Shown piece by piece: positions 9,208 to 17,131 of a stretch of DNA of 64,000 nt. Numbering within the stretch: the stretch's first letter is position 1; each line of letters opens with the position of its first letter. This DNA comes from an uncultured virus (IMG/VR IMGVR_UViG_2824834302_000001) (lineage: Duplodnaviria; Heunggongvirae; Uroviricota; Caudoviricetes). Position numbers and translations under genes: made by a program. The stretch lies in the IMG/VR virus record IMGVR_UViG_2824834302_000001. One strand, written 5' to 3'. The notes beneath the pieces are model-generated. The model saw only the letters and a list, made by a program, of their open reading frames with translations, was not told the origin of the DNA and made no database searches.

Positions 9208-9635
9208 CGCGAGACGATCTCCTGAAGCGGGGCGTTGGCGACCTCGAGGAGGACATCGGCGTGGCAGGGCTCGCCCGGCTTGCACCAGCAGGCGAGGTTG
9301 AAGCCGCGCAGCGCCTTGGCGATATCGACCGGCGTCGGGACGGGGTAAATCCGGTGGTGATTGTGCGGGCCAGTTGTGCAGATATCCGCGCGATAGCATG
9401 CGATCGCGTGTTCAACGGCTTCCTGTTTTGTCGAGCAGCTCTTGACGATGGTGCCGCGCGCGAAAACATCCCATACCGCCGGCTTCGCAAATGGATCTTT
9501 GCTGAAGGCATAGTGATTGCCGAAGGGCGAGGTGCGATCGACCTTGATGGCGTCGAGACCGTTGGCGGCGCGCGACGCGGCCTGAAGGTTGAAACCCTTC
9601 TGGCGCGACAACTGGATGCGGATAGGCTGTGTCAC
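9204..9635 (-). CDS. DUF4326-family protein
   Basis: VDRTSPFGN ... LRGFNLACWC...CHADVL motifs. Confidence 0.85.
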   Translation of the reverse strand: MTQPIRIQLSRQKGFNLQAASRAANGLDAIKVDRTSPFGNHYAFSKDPFAKPAVWDVFARGTIVKSCSTKQEAVEHAIACYRADICTTGPHNHHRIYPVPTPVDIAKALRGFNLACWCKPGEPCHADVLLEVANAPLQEIVSR

Positions 9636-10042
9636 TGGATATCCCCCTTGCGCGGGATATTGGGATGGACGACGCCGTTGGTCTCCCATTGCGACCTGAT
9701 GGCGATGCCATCGCGGACGCGTCTGGCGAGTGCTGCCGGCAGGCCCTCGACGACGGCTTCAACCAGGACCTGGTGTCGCTCGATCGGCGCTACGCTGATG
9801 GCGTAAGCAGCAAGCCGCACCGCCATCTCGCCGCAGAAGATTTCGTCGTAGGGCAGGCATTCGTTGAAGACGACTTCCATGCATGTGCGCATCGCATTCT
9901 GCGCGGCGATGATCTTATCGATATCGGCGTGGGTCTTTGTGCCCGTCCGGCCGAGCTGCTCCGCGACGAGCCGGTCGGTGTCCTGGCGAATCTTGGCGAA
10001 GACGCGCCGGATATTGGCGCGGTCCTGGTTGGTGATGCTCAT
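9632..10042 (-). CDS. Phage hypothetical protein
   Basis: Start MSITNQ; coupled junctions. Confidence 0.6.
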   Translation of the reverse strand: MSITNQDRANIRRVFAKIRQDTDRLVAEQLGRTGTKTHADIDKIIAAQNAMRTCMEVVFNECLPYDEIFCGEMAVRLAAYAISVAPIERHQVLVEAVVEGLPAALARRVRDGIAIRSQWETNGVVHPNIPRKGDIQ

Positions 10043-10509
10043 GGGCTGAGCCTCGCTTCGCTCCGCTGCAGCCGCGCGGCTGCGAACATGCTGATCGGCG
10101 GCAGGCTGATCGCCATGCGGACGGTGCGGGCGCTTCCGCTTTTGTCCGTCGCGGTGGCGGTGATGCCGATGATGATCTTCTCGTCGCGGATTTCGAGATC
10201 GGGGATTTCGGGAATGAGGCCGTGGCTGCGGCAGAAGCACCAGGCGCAGCCGATGGTCCTGTTGTAATGGCGGTCGATCTCGGAATAGCTCATGCCGTTG
10301 CGCAGCATCTGCGTCACGGCTTGGACCGTGAACGACCGGCGCTCTCCCGCTTCAAGGGCAACTGCATCCGCGAGGCCGAGCTCGATCAGCTTCTGCGAGA
10401 GCGTGGTGCGGTGCACCTTGTAGCGCATAGCGATCGCCGCGCGCGTCAGACCTTCGGCAACCAGCTGGCGCAGGGTTTCATCATCCGGGAGCTTTCTCGG
10501 TTTCGTCAT
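10039..10509 (-). CDS. Tandem-HTH DNA-binding protein
   Basis: Two HTH-like segments (GLTRAAIAMRYKVHRTTL; GMSYSEIDRHY). Confidence 0.65.
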   Translation of the reverse strand: MTKPRKLPDDETLRQLVAEGLTRAAIAMRYKVHRTTLSQKLIELGLADAVALEAGERRSFTVQAVTQMLRNGMSYSEIDRHYNRTIGCAWCFCRSHGLIPEIPDLEIRDEKIIIGITATATDKSGSARTVRMAISLPPISMFAAARLQRSEARLSP

Positions 10510-11621
10510 TGATCGGCACCTTGCTTGAAGTGGGCGGGAAGGGGCGGATAGCCGTTGTGCTCGACGCCATCGAGCAGGCGGCCCGCGCGCGATTTGGTGA
10601 CGCGGAACATGCCGATCGGCTCGCGCATGCCGTCGCAGCTGGGCTTGGCCTGGCGGCCGTCGACGTCGAGCCAGATGGCGTCGTTGGTCGCCATGGCGCT
10701 GTCGTAATGGCCGTTGTCGTGGCTGGCGACGATCCAGTTGCCCCACTGCTTGAAGAGGAAGGGAGCGCCGGCGTCGTAGCACTGGTCGCGCAGTGCATGG
10801 GCCCAGTGCGGATGCATGGGACGGCAATCGGTACCGCTCTCGCCGCCTGCGACGATCCAGTCGAGGAAAGGAAGTCCGCAATCATAGGCGCTGGCGCTCT
10901 GACTGTTCTCGACCCAAGCCTCACCGGTCAAGGCGTCGTAGCGGATCTCCGCATCGCCATCCGTGAAGCAGATATTGTTGAGGTCGATAGGTCCTAGCAT
11001 CGGCTCTGCACTGATCCAGCGTATCGCCGCCGGCGTGTCGAGCAGGATCGGGATGCGCTCGTCGGCGCGCTTCTGATCTTCGACAGAGACACCAAGCCAG
11101 ACATTAGGGAGCGGATACGCCCGGTCCTCGATCGCGCCGGCAGCGCAGGGAGAGCCTGCCGCATCCGCCGCCGCCGCGCCCCATCGACGGCTGAACTCCC
11201 GATGGTCGTCTTCAAAGCAGCGCTGCATCTCGCGAACATAGGTCCGCATCCGCTCCGGTCGCTTAGTCAGCACCTGAAAGATGTGATGCTGCGAAAGCGC
11301 CATGACGGCGAAGACCCTATCGATCCAATCGTCCGGCACACCTTCGGCGAAGAGATCACCGTGGGCGCAGACGAAGATCATGCGCGGGCGCTTCCAGCGC
11401 AGCGGCTCGTCGAGCCACTGCTCGTTAAAGCGGACCTCACCGGTCCAGACCGGCCCGGCTTTGGTATCGCGCGTCAGGCCGGCGCGGCTTGGGATGTGCT
11501 TCAGGCGCGTGCCGGCCAGCTTCATGGCGTAGCAGTTGGTGCAACCGGGCGAGACGACGGAACAGCCGGTGATCGGGTTCCAGGTGGCGTCGGTCCATTC
11601 GATCTTGGTTCCGTCAGCCAT
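10506..11621 (-). CDS. Phage Gp37/Gp68 (DUF5131, radical-SAM-like) protein
   Basis: TKIEWTDATWNPITGCSVVSPGCTNCYA, LTKRP, SAEPML, GGESG, FKQWG motifs. Confidence 0.9.
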   Translation of the reverse strand: MADGTKIEWTDATWNPITGCSVVSPGCTNCYAMKLAGTRLKHIPSRAGLTRDTKAGPVWTGEVRFNEQWLDEPLRWKRPRMIFVCAHGDLFAEGVPDDWIDRVFAVMALSQHHIFQVLTKRPERMRTYVREMQRCFEDDHREFSRRWGAAAADAAGSPCAAGAIEDRAYPLPNVWLGVSVEDQKRADERIPILLDTPAAIRWISAEPMLGPIDLNNICFTDGDAEIRYDALTGEAWVENSQSASAYDCGLPFLDWIVAGGESGTDCRPMHPHWAHALRDQCYDAGAPFLFKQWGNWIVASHDNGHYDSAMATNDAIWLDVDGRQAKPSCDGMREPIGMFRVTKSRAGRLLDGVEHNGYPPLPAHFKQGADQ

Positions 11622-12132
11622 GGGCGCCTCCTTCGGTCTCGCCGGCAGGTGAGGCGAGATCGCCATAGCGGTACGTATCGGGCTTGCCGTCGAGCGGCTC
11701 GCCGGTTTCAAGATCGACCGTCGGCGAACCTTCCAGGCAGGCGGCGTGACAGGTGCCGAGTTCGATATCGGTGGCGCAGATATCGTCAGCGGTGATCGGC
11801 TTGGCGCAGATATCGCAGTGACCGTGCCCGGCATCCTCCTCGAGCATGGTCTGCCAGAGGCGGAAGCCGGCGAGCTTGCGCTCGAAGCGCGCCTGGTCGA
11901 ACTCGTCACCGATCAGGTCGCGCAGCCACTGGGTCGCGGCGAGGACGTCGGCGATCTCATCGAAAAGCGCCTGGCGGTTCGGTTTGCCTGAAACCGGCTC
12001 GCTGCCATTCAGTCCCTGGATCGTGCAGCGAAACAGGATCGAAGCGAGCTCGCCGGCTTCCTCGCCGGCTTTGCCGAGCGCCTGGTGGATGAGCACGTCC
12101 GGCTCGGGTTTCCAGAGGGTGATGTCAGCCAT
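11614..12132 (-). CDS. MazG-like nucleotide pyrophosphohydrolase with C-terminal Cys/His cluster
   Basis: KAGEEAGEL...DEIADV acidic MazG signature; CDIC/CHAAC tail. Confidence 0.65.
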   Translation of the reverse strand: MADITLWKPEPDVLIHQALGKAGEEAGELASILFRCTIQGLNGSEPVSGKPNRQALFDEIADVLAATQWLRDLIGDEFDQARFERKLAGFRLWQTMLEEDAGHGHCDICAKPITADDICATDIELGTCHAACLEGSPTVDLETGEPLDGKPDTYRYGDLASPAGETEGGAHG

Positions 12133-12517
12133 TTTGTGCCGCCTTCGGTTTGAATGCCGAATAGAGGTCGCGAAGAATGGTGGTGAAGCGCTCCTTTTCC
12201 TCACTCGTCGCCGACACAAGCTCATCAAGGAATGGTGTTACTGGCCCGTCGCAAGCCAAAGCGCGGCTTTCGATCAGGTCGACGAAGGAGATAAACCGGG
12301 CCGACGGAGGGGCGCGGACGATGCCTTCACTTTCCATGCGCCGACGGACCATATCTGCCACGGCTGGAAGGTCATCGCCGGTCATGCAGAAATCCGCCGT
12401 CGGCTTGTCGGGGAATCGAACAAGGACGGTGATCTTGGCATCCGGTTTGAAGTTCTTGAGGATGGCGTCCATGTGGTCCTGGACGTCTGCCGCGACACGG
12501 TGAAGGAGGTCTGTCAT
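12125..12517 (-). CDS. Phage hypothetical protein
   Basis: Start MTDLL; coupled junctions. Confidence 0.6.
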   Translation of the reverse strand: MTDLLHRVAADVQDHMDAILKNFKPDAKITVLVRFPDKPTADFCMTGDDLPAVADMVRRRMESEGIVRAPPSARFISFVDLIESRALACDGPVTPFLDELVSATSEEKERFTTILRDLYSAFKPKAAQNG

Positions 12518-13419
12518 GCCGCCACCTTCGATCCGGAAAAATGCCGGCCGAGGATCATGCGCGTGCCATGCTGGATCGCGGCGATCTGGAAGAAGGCTTG
12601 ATGCCGATACTCCCGGCAGATGCACGGTTCACTGTCGCTGAGATCGCGCCAAAGAAATTCAGCAGCGTCATGCTCGGTCTCGAAGTGATGTTCGACTTCG
12701 TCCAAGATCGCGCGTCGGTCGCTCGCCTTGGTGTAGTCGTATTGCTCCTGATAGACGCTGACGAACTCGGTGACCTGCTTCCAGCGGTCCCAGCAGTCGC
12801 GGTCTTTGTCGTCGAAGGCGGTCAGCGGCCGGTTTTCAAGCCAGGCCTGTTCGTCCTCGCCCTCTTCATTGAGCTGCCCTTCAAGAGGCCGCTGTTTGAT
12901 CCAGGCGCGCAGCTCCTGAATGTCACCGTTGTCGCGTCGCTTGTCTTTACCCCAGCCGGGTGTGCCCAGCAGATGGTCAATCACGCCTTCGTTCAGCTCC
13001 CTCTTGAAATGATCAAGGGTTGCGTCCCTGTCATATTCCTGCTGCTCGTTGGTCTTGGAGAGCAGATAGTCGAAGTCGCAGGATTGTAGCCACCTGCAGG
13101 CCTCTTCGAGCGTCTGCATGGCGTGATAGTGGACCACGGTCAGCTGGCCGAGATCGCCGACGATCGTCATGTGACCGGGTGTCCAGGTCAGCGTATAGGC
13201 ATAGGTGGAGTTATAGGCGAACTTCGCGGCCTCGACCGGCGGCAGGATGCGAAGGAACGGGTAGGAGCCTTCCTGCCTCTTCGTCACCTTCTTGTCGATG
13301 TAGTGCATGTGAAAGCGGAACGACTTGACCGGCTCCTCGATCATGACGTGGTTGGCAAGATACTTTGCAGCATCCGCCGTCGCCTCGTCGCGGCGCTGTT
13401 TGTATTCCCGGCCCATCAT
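12514..13419 (-). CDS. Phage hypothetical protein
   Basis: 301-aa ORF, coupled junctions. Confidence 0.7.
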   Translation of the reverse strand: MMGREYKQRRDEATADAAKYLANHVMIEEPVKSFRFHMHYIDKKVTKRQEGSYPFLRILPPVEAAKFAYNSTYAYTLTWTPGHMTIVGDLGQLTVVHYHAMQTLEEACRWLQSCDFDYLLSKTNEQQEYDRDATLDHFKRELNEGVIDHLLGTPGWGKDKRRDNGDIQELRAWIKQRPLEGQLNEEGEDEQAWLENRPLTAFDDKDRDCWDRWKQVTEFVSVYQEQYDYTKASDRRAILDEVEHHFETEHDAAEFLWRDLSDSEPCICREYRHQAFFQIAAIQHGTRMILGRHFSGSKVAA

Positions 13420-13562
13420 CCGTTCTCCCTGATACGCTTGATCTTCCGGATGATGCCGTCGCTCTGGGCCTCGGCGTTCTTGCGGGCGCTGGTCGTGTCA
13501 GTCGCGTGAACATCGAGCTTGGTGCCGTCCTCGAAATGGACGCGGAAGAGTGTGTCAGCCAT
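13416..13562 (-). CDS. Small hypothetical protein
   Basis: MADTLFRVHFEDG... after GGAGG. Confidence 0.55.
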   Translation of the reverse strand: MADTLFRVHFEDGTKLDVHATDTTSARKNAEAQSDGIIRKIKRIRENG

Positions 13563-13824
13563 TGCCAGCCTCCGGCAGGAATCCGGCATGGACGTTGATC
13601 GCGAGCAGCAGCAGCTCGGCGATGTCGCGGACCTCGGCGTCGGAACGCTCGCGGTTGACGTCGACGACGAAAACCATGTTGCCGTCGGCATCGGCGATCG
13701 TGCCGCAGTGGCTCTCGTCGTGATGCAGGGGCAGGCGGATCTTGAGATGGCCAAGCGCGACAGAGAACAAGGTCGACGCGTCGACGGCGGGGTGTGGCCG
13801 GGTGGCGAGGGCGCTAGTTGCCAT
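13555..13824 (-). CDS. Phage hypothetical protein
   Basis: MATSALAT... after GGAGGG. Confidence 0.6.
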   Translation of the reverse strand: MATSALATRPHPAVDASTLFSVALGHLKIRLPLHHDESHCGTIADADGNMVFVVDVNRERSDAEVRDIAELLLLAINVHAGFLPEAGNG

Positions 13825-14164
13825 GATAAACGCCCTCCCGTTCGGCGATCGCCTTGGCGGCGGCATTGCGCAGCGGCCGGTCGTCGTTTCGGCAACCCTT
13901 GGCGTCGATGACCGATATCAGGGCGTGGCAGAGGCCGATGATAGTCTCCTCGCTGACCAGGTCCGTCACGTCATCCTGCCGGCTGAGCAGGATCCTGTTG
14001 ACGGCGATCAGTTCGCAATTGGCCGAGGCCATATGGTCCAGGGCCGCGGCGATGTGCCTGAGGCCTTCGCCCTTCAGTTCGGCCGCGACGAGGTCGTCGA
14101 CGTCGCCGACGAGGCGGAGGGCCGGGCGGGGCGCGGTGCGCGGGAAATGCAAAATCTCTGCCAT
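13814..14164 (-). CDS. Phage hypothetical protein
   Basis: GGAGGG SD, coupled. Confidence 0.6.
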   Translation of the reverse strand: MAEILHFPRTAPRPALRLVGDVDDLVAAELKGEGLRHIAAALDHMASANCELIAVNRILLSRQDDVTDLVSEETIIGLCHALISVIDAKGCRNDDRPLRNAAAKAIAEREGVYHGN

Positions 14165-14165
14165 G

Positions 14166-14429
14166 TCAGTAGCCCTCCATGGTGCGGAAGTGGGTGAGGA
14201 AAGAAGTCCACTCGGGATAATCGCGCTTCAACGCGGCCTGTTCGCCGTCGATGAAGAGGCGCAGGAACTGGCGCTGGCGGAAGAGATCGAGACCGAGCGC
14301 ATACTCGATCGCGGCAATCATGTCCTCGTGGCGCCGCTTGTCGCGGCGCACCATCCAGACGAGAAAACCGAGGACGGCGGCGGTCTGGATCGCCGCGAGC
14401 ACAGTCAGGGTCGGGGTGATCGCCATCAT
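14166..14429 (-). CDS. Small membrane protein
   Basis: N-terminal hydrophobic helix. Confidence 0.55.
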   Translation of the reverse strand: MMAITPTLTVLAAIQTAAVLGFLVWMVRRDKRRHEDMIAAIEYALGLDLFRQRQFLRLFIDGEQAALKRDYPEWTSFLTHFRTMEGY

Positions 14430-14432
14430 GGC

Positions 14433-14630
14433 TCAGATCCCCAGTGCGAAGGAGAAGGCGAGCGTGAAGCCGACCGCTAGCAGCAATGCGGCCTCGGCGC
14501 AGCGCTGGGTCTTGCTGCGCATGCGCATCGTATCCAGCATCCGCTCTTCAAGATCGCGGCGGCTGTCATCGGAAGTCAGGATATCAGCGAGGCTCCTGCG
14601 GGCCGTCGCGACTGGCATGACGTGGTTCAT
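14433..14630 (-). CDS. Small membrane protein
   Basis: C-terminal hydrophobic helix; AAGGGG SD. Confidence 0.55.
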   Translation of the reverse strand: MNHVMPVATARRSLADILTSDDSRRDLEERMLDTMRMRSKTQRCAEAALLLAVGFTLAFSFALGI

Positions 14631-14720
14631 CGGATTTCCCCTTGTTCATCCGCTTGGGAAACCGCCCCGTTCCTGGTCGGGGCGGAGACCGAAGCCGGAT
14701 CCTCTGTTCGGGCCAGAGGA

Positions 14721-14909
14721 CTAGGCGGCCTCGGTGAGCTTGACCTGCTCGGCGACCCACGGGACGTTGCGGGCCTGGCTTTCGAGGCTGATGCCTGCGG
14801 CAAGCAGGGTCTTTTCGGTCTGGGGGCCGCGGTCCTGATAGAGACGCAGCATGATGCTACGGTCGCGCCGATCAGCGGCAGTAATCTCGCTTTTGGTTTT
14901 CATGATCAT
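14721..14909 (-). CDS. First gene of leftward early operon, hypothetical
   Basis: AAAGGAG SD before ATG ATC ATG. Confidence 0.6.
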   Translation of the reverse strand: MIMKTKSEITAADRRDRSIMLRLYQDRGPQTEKTLLAAGISLESQARNVPWVAEQVKLTEAA

Positions 14910-14928
14910 CTCCTTTGATCCCGACCAC

Positions 14929-15012
14929 GCCGGCCGCCGCTTCTTCGGGAGGAGTGTGAAGCGGCGGCTGGCTTTTGCGGTCATCCGGGGAAGGGAGGAG
15001 GATCGCCGGACG
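14929..15012 (-). ncRNA. Putative cuckoo/alpha-r14-like two-hairpin RNA forming the pL leader
   Basis: Two hairpins with loops CCTCCTCCC and CTCCTCCC on the minus strand, starting at the predicted pL TSS. Confidence 0.55.
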
Positions 15013-15015
15013 AGA

Positions 15016-15070
15016 TGGAAATTAAATCTACATTCAAACGGCGTCAATAGGGAGATAGAAATAAAATCTA
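15016..15070. promoter_or_regulatory. Left operators (two 15-bp repressor sites)
   Basis: TGGAAATTAAATCTA (15016-15030) and TAGAAATAAAATCTA (15056-15070) resemble the palindrome at 16145-16159. Confidence 0.7.
15019..15047 (-). promoter_or_regulatory. pL early promoter
   Basis: TTGACG-17 bp-TAATTT on the minus strand. Confidence 0.7.
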
Positions 15071-15116
15071 TGTTAGTGATTCGACTCGACTCCAGGCGCG
15101 TTCTCGGGATTAATAA

Positions 15117-15131
15117 GAACTAAAGGAGAAC
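15117..15131 (+). promoter_or_regulatory. Alphaproteobacterial LexA (SOS) box
   Basis: GAAC-TAAAGGA-GAAC is an exact GAAC-N7-GAAC overlapping the SD of 15135-15386. Confidence 0.75.
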
Positions 15132-15134
15132 GGC

Positions 15135-15386
15135 ATGCAACTTTTGATCAGCGAAGTATCACGCGAATTTGAGCTGCAGATCAGATGTGAGAACTGCATG
15201 CGGGAGAGCACAAGGCTCATTAAGGTGCCCAGGATTGATGAGGCGCCGAGCGACGTAGAGGAGCTATTGGAGAGCGGCCTGCTGGGGAATTTGCGGTTCT
15301 CATGCGCTAAATGCGATAGCGCTATAGGCCTTCTCGTCAGCGCCTCGCTCTGCGGCGTACATGACGCGCGCGCTGACGGAACCTAA
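15135..15386 (+). CDS. Small Zn-ribbon protein, probably SOS-regulated
   Basis: CENC...CAKC; AAGGAG SD; convergent with cI. Confidence 0.75.
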   Translation: MQLLISEVSREFELQIRCENCMRESTRLIKVPRIDEAPSDVEELLESGLLGNLRFSCAKCDSAIGLLVSASLCGVHDARADGT

Positions 15387-16096
15387 AATGGGAGGTCGTT
15401 GACAACCCTTCTAACCAGGCCAATGATCTCGACTAGCGTGCCAGTGTCGGCATCCGGATCACGCGGCACAACGATAGGCTTATGCTTTGGGTTCGTAGAT
15501 CTCGGATGATATTCGGTTCTGTCCTGGTAGAGCTCGATTTGCTTCACAGACCATTCGCGTGTTTGTCCGCCGTCGCGCGATCGCTCCACGACCACCACCA
15601 TCCCATCGCGCAAGGGCGCCTCGTGGGCAACATCTTCATAGGAAACGCAGATGACGCGATCTCCCGGAAGAATGGGTCGCGGCCGCAGCTCGTTCATGGA
15701 ATCGCCGGAGACGTCGAAAGCCATCAACCTGGCGCTCGGAAACCGATCGTCGGCCGGCAGAGAAAGTAGTTCTCGTTCTGACTGGTCCATGTCGTCAACT
15801 TCGCGGAACGTGCCCGCTTCGACCTTTCCGACAACGGCGACCGGCAACAGACGGCCTTCAATGGGGGCGGCTTCGACGTCGCTAAGCTCAAGCCCGTCTC
15901 GCAACCACAGCGCTGACTTGCCGATAGCTGATGCCAGCTTTTGCATTTCTTCGCCGCGCGGCTGCTCAATCTTGCCGTTCAGATATTTGTTTATGTTCGC
16001 ATAGGGAATACTCGCGCGCCGTGCAAGTTCCGCACCGCTCCATCCGAGTTCTATCCGCCTGTGGTCAAGTCGCTTCCACCAAGTCATGAAACGCAT
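15383..16096 (-). CDS. cI: CI-like repressor (Xre HTH plus S24 autopeptidase)
   Basis: N-terminal HTH; Ala-Gly cleavage site (VEAG); catalytic Ser (VSGDSM) and Lys (SVKQ). Confidence 0.92.
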   Translation of the reverse strand: MRFMTWWKRLDHRRIELGWSGAELARRASIPYANINKYLNGKIEQPRGEEMQKLASAIGKSALWLRDGLELSDVEAAPIEGRLLPVAVVGKVEAGTFREVDDMDQSERELLSLPADDRFPSARLMAFDVSGDSMNELRPRPILPGDRVICVSYEDVAHEAPLRDGMVVVVERSRDGGQTREWSVKQIELYQDRTEYHPRSTNPKHKPIVVPRDPDADTGTLVEIIGLVRRVVNDLPF

Positions 16097-16137
16097 ATTA
16101 AATCCGGAATTTTTTTCTGGTGTAGATTTCCCATGGC

Positions 16138-16166
16138 TTGAAGCTAGATTTAAAATCTAGTACAGC
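16138..16166 (+). promoter_or_regulatory. pR promoter with operator filling the spacer
   Basis: TTGAAG-17 bp-TACAGC; spacer is the palindrome CTAGATTT-A-AAATCTAG (16144-16160). Confidence 0.7.
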
Positions 16167-16173
16167 TGCGTGC

Positions 16174-16425
16174 ATGGAAGCGGAAATCACTGTCACAAAG
16201 ATCATCAAAGAAGCCGGCGGCGTGGCTGCGGTAGAGCGCGCCTGCATTGGCGCCGGTGTCGTGATTACCCGTGACGCAATTTACAAGTGGCGGCTGACGG
16301 GTATCCCCGACCGTCACTGGCGCGTGCTGATTCCGCTTACGCCATTTGGGCCTGAAGAATTCTATCGGGCCAACTGCGCCGCCCGCGACATTCCCTATCC
16401 GGAAACGAGCGAGGCCGCCGAATGA
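16174..16425 (+). CDS. cro: Cro-like protein (probably leaderless)
   Basis: IIKEAGGVAAV...AIYKWRLTGIP Cro-like pattern; divergent from cI; ATG ~8 nt after the -10. Confidence 0.8.
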   Translation: MEAEITVTKIIKEAGGVAAVERACIGAGVVITRDAIYKWRLTGIPDRHWRVLIPLTPFGPEEFYRANCAARDIPYPETSEAAE

Positions 16426-16585
16426 TTTTTCCCCCGCGCCGCGAAGGTAGTGATCGCCGCGCCAACTCGCGCCGGGCGGGCGGACCTTTATCGTCCGGCG
16501 CGCCTTCTTTTCGTCGTTTGTGTTTTGCCCAGGCATGCGGTCCCCCGTGATCTGCTAACGGGCTGAGTTTTCACAGGTTCCAGCG

Positions 16586-16630
16586 TTTCCCACTACGGGA
16601 AAAACCGCCCGGATTTCCCGGCGCGGGAAA
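16586..16630. repeat. Two TTTCCC-N5-GGGAAA inverted repeats
   Basis: 16586-16602 and 16614-16630, upstream of the CII-like gene. Confidence 0.7.
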
Positions 16631-16639
16631 GGATTTGTC

Positions 16640-17131
16640 ATGTCTTCTGATGCATGGTTTCACCGGATCAAATCCGCACAGCGGGACTTGATCAAGCTGG
16701 TCGGCGGCATCGAGCGCGCCGCCGAGATTTCTTCCGTTTCTCCCAGCCATATCGGCCGCATGAACAATGCCCGCGACATCGACATGATGCCGCTGTCGGT
16801 GGTCTACGCGCTGGAAAGCGAGTGCGGCGTTCCAGTCGTCACGCAGGCGATGGCGGAACTCTCCGGCCGCCGGCTTTCCGATCCCGAGGCCGAGCAAAAG
16901 GCCAATATCGGCGTGCTCGCCTCCTATTCCGAAGTTCTGCAGAAAGCGGCGGCGCTGATGGCGACGGGAGCCGCTGCCATGGCCGACGGCAAAATTACGC
17001 CGGCCGAGGCGCATGCGATGGACCGCGAGGCCAACGAGCTGGAGCGCGAAATGTCCAGCTTCCGCCAGGCGCTCGCCGTGATCAAGGCCGCCGGTGGCGG
17101 CAGGGCCGACCTGAAAGTGGTGGGGGAGTGA
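16640..17131 (+). CDS. CII-like phage regulatory protein
   Basis: Position after cro; N-terminal HTH and ADGKITPAE motif typical of CII-like proteins. Confidence 0.7.
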   Translation: MSSDAWFHRIKSAQRDLIKLVGGIERAAEISSVSPSHIGRMNNARDIDMMPLSVVYALESECGVPVVTQAMAELSGRRLSDPEAEQKANIGVLASYSEVLQKAAALMATGAAAMADGKITPAEAHAMDREANELEREMSSFRQALAVIKAAGGGRADLKVVGE

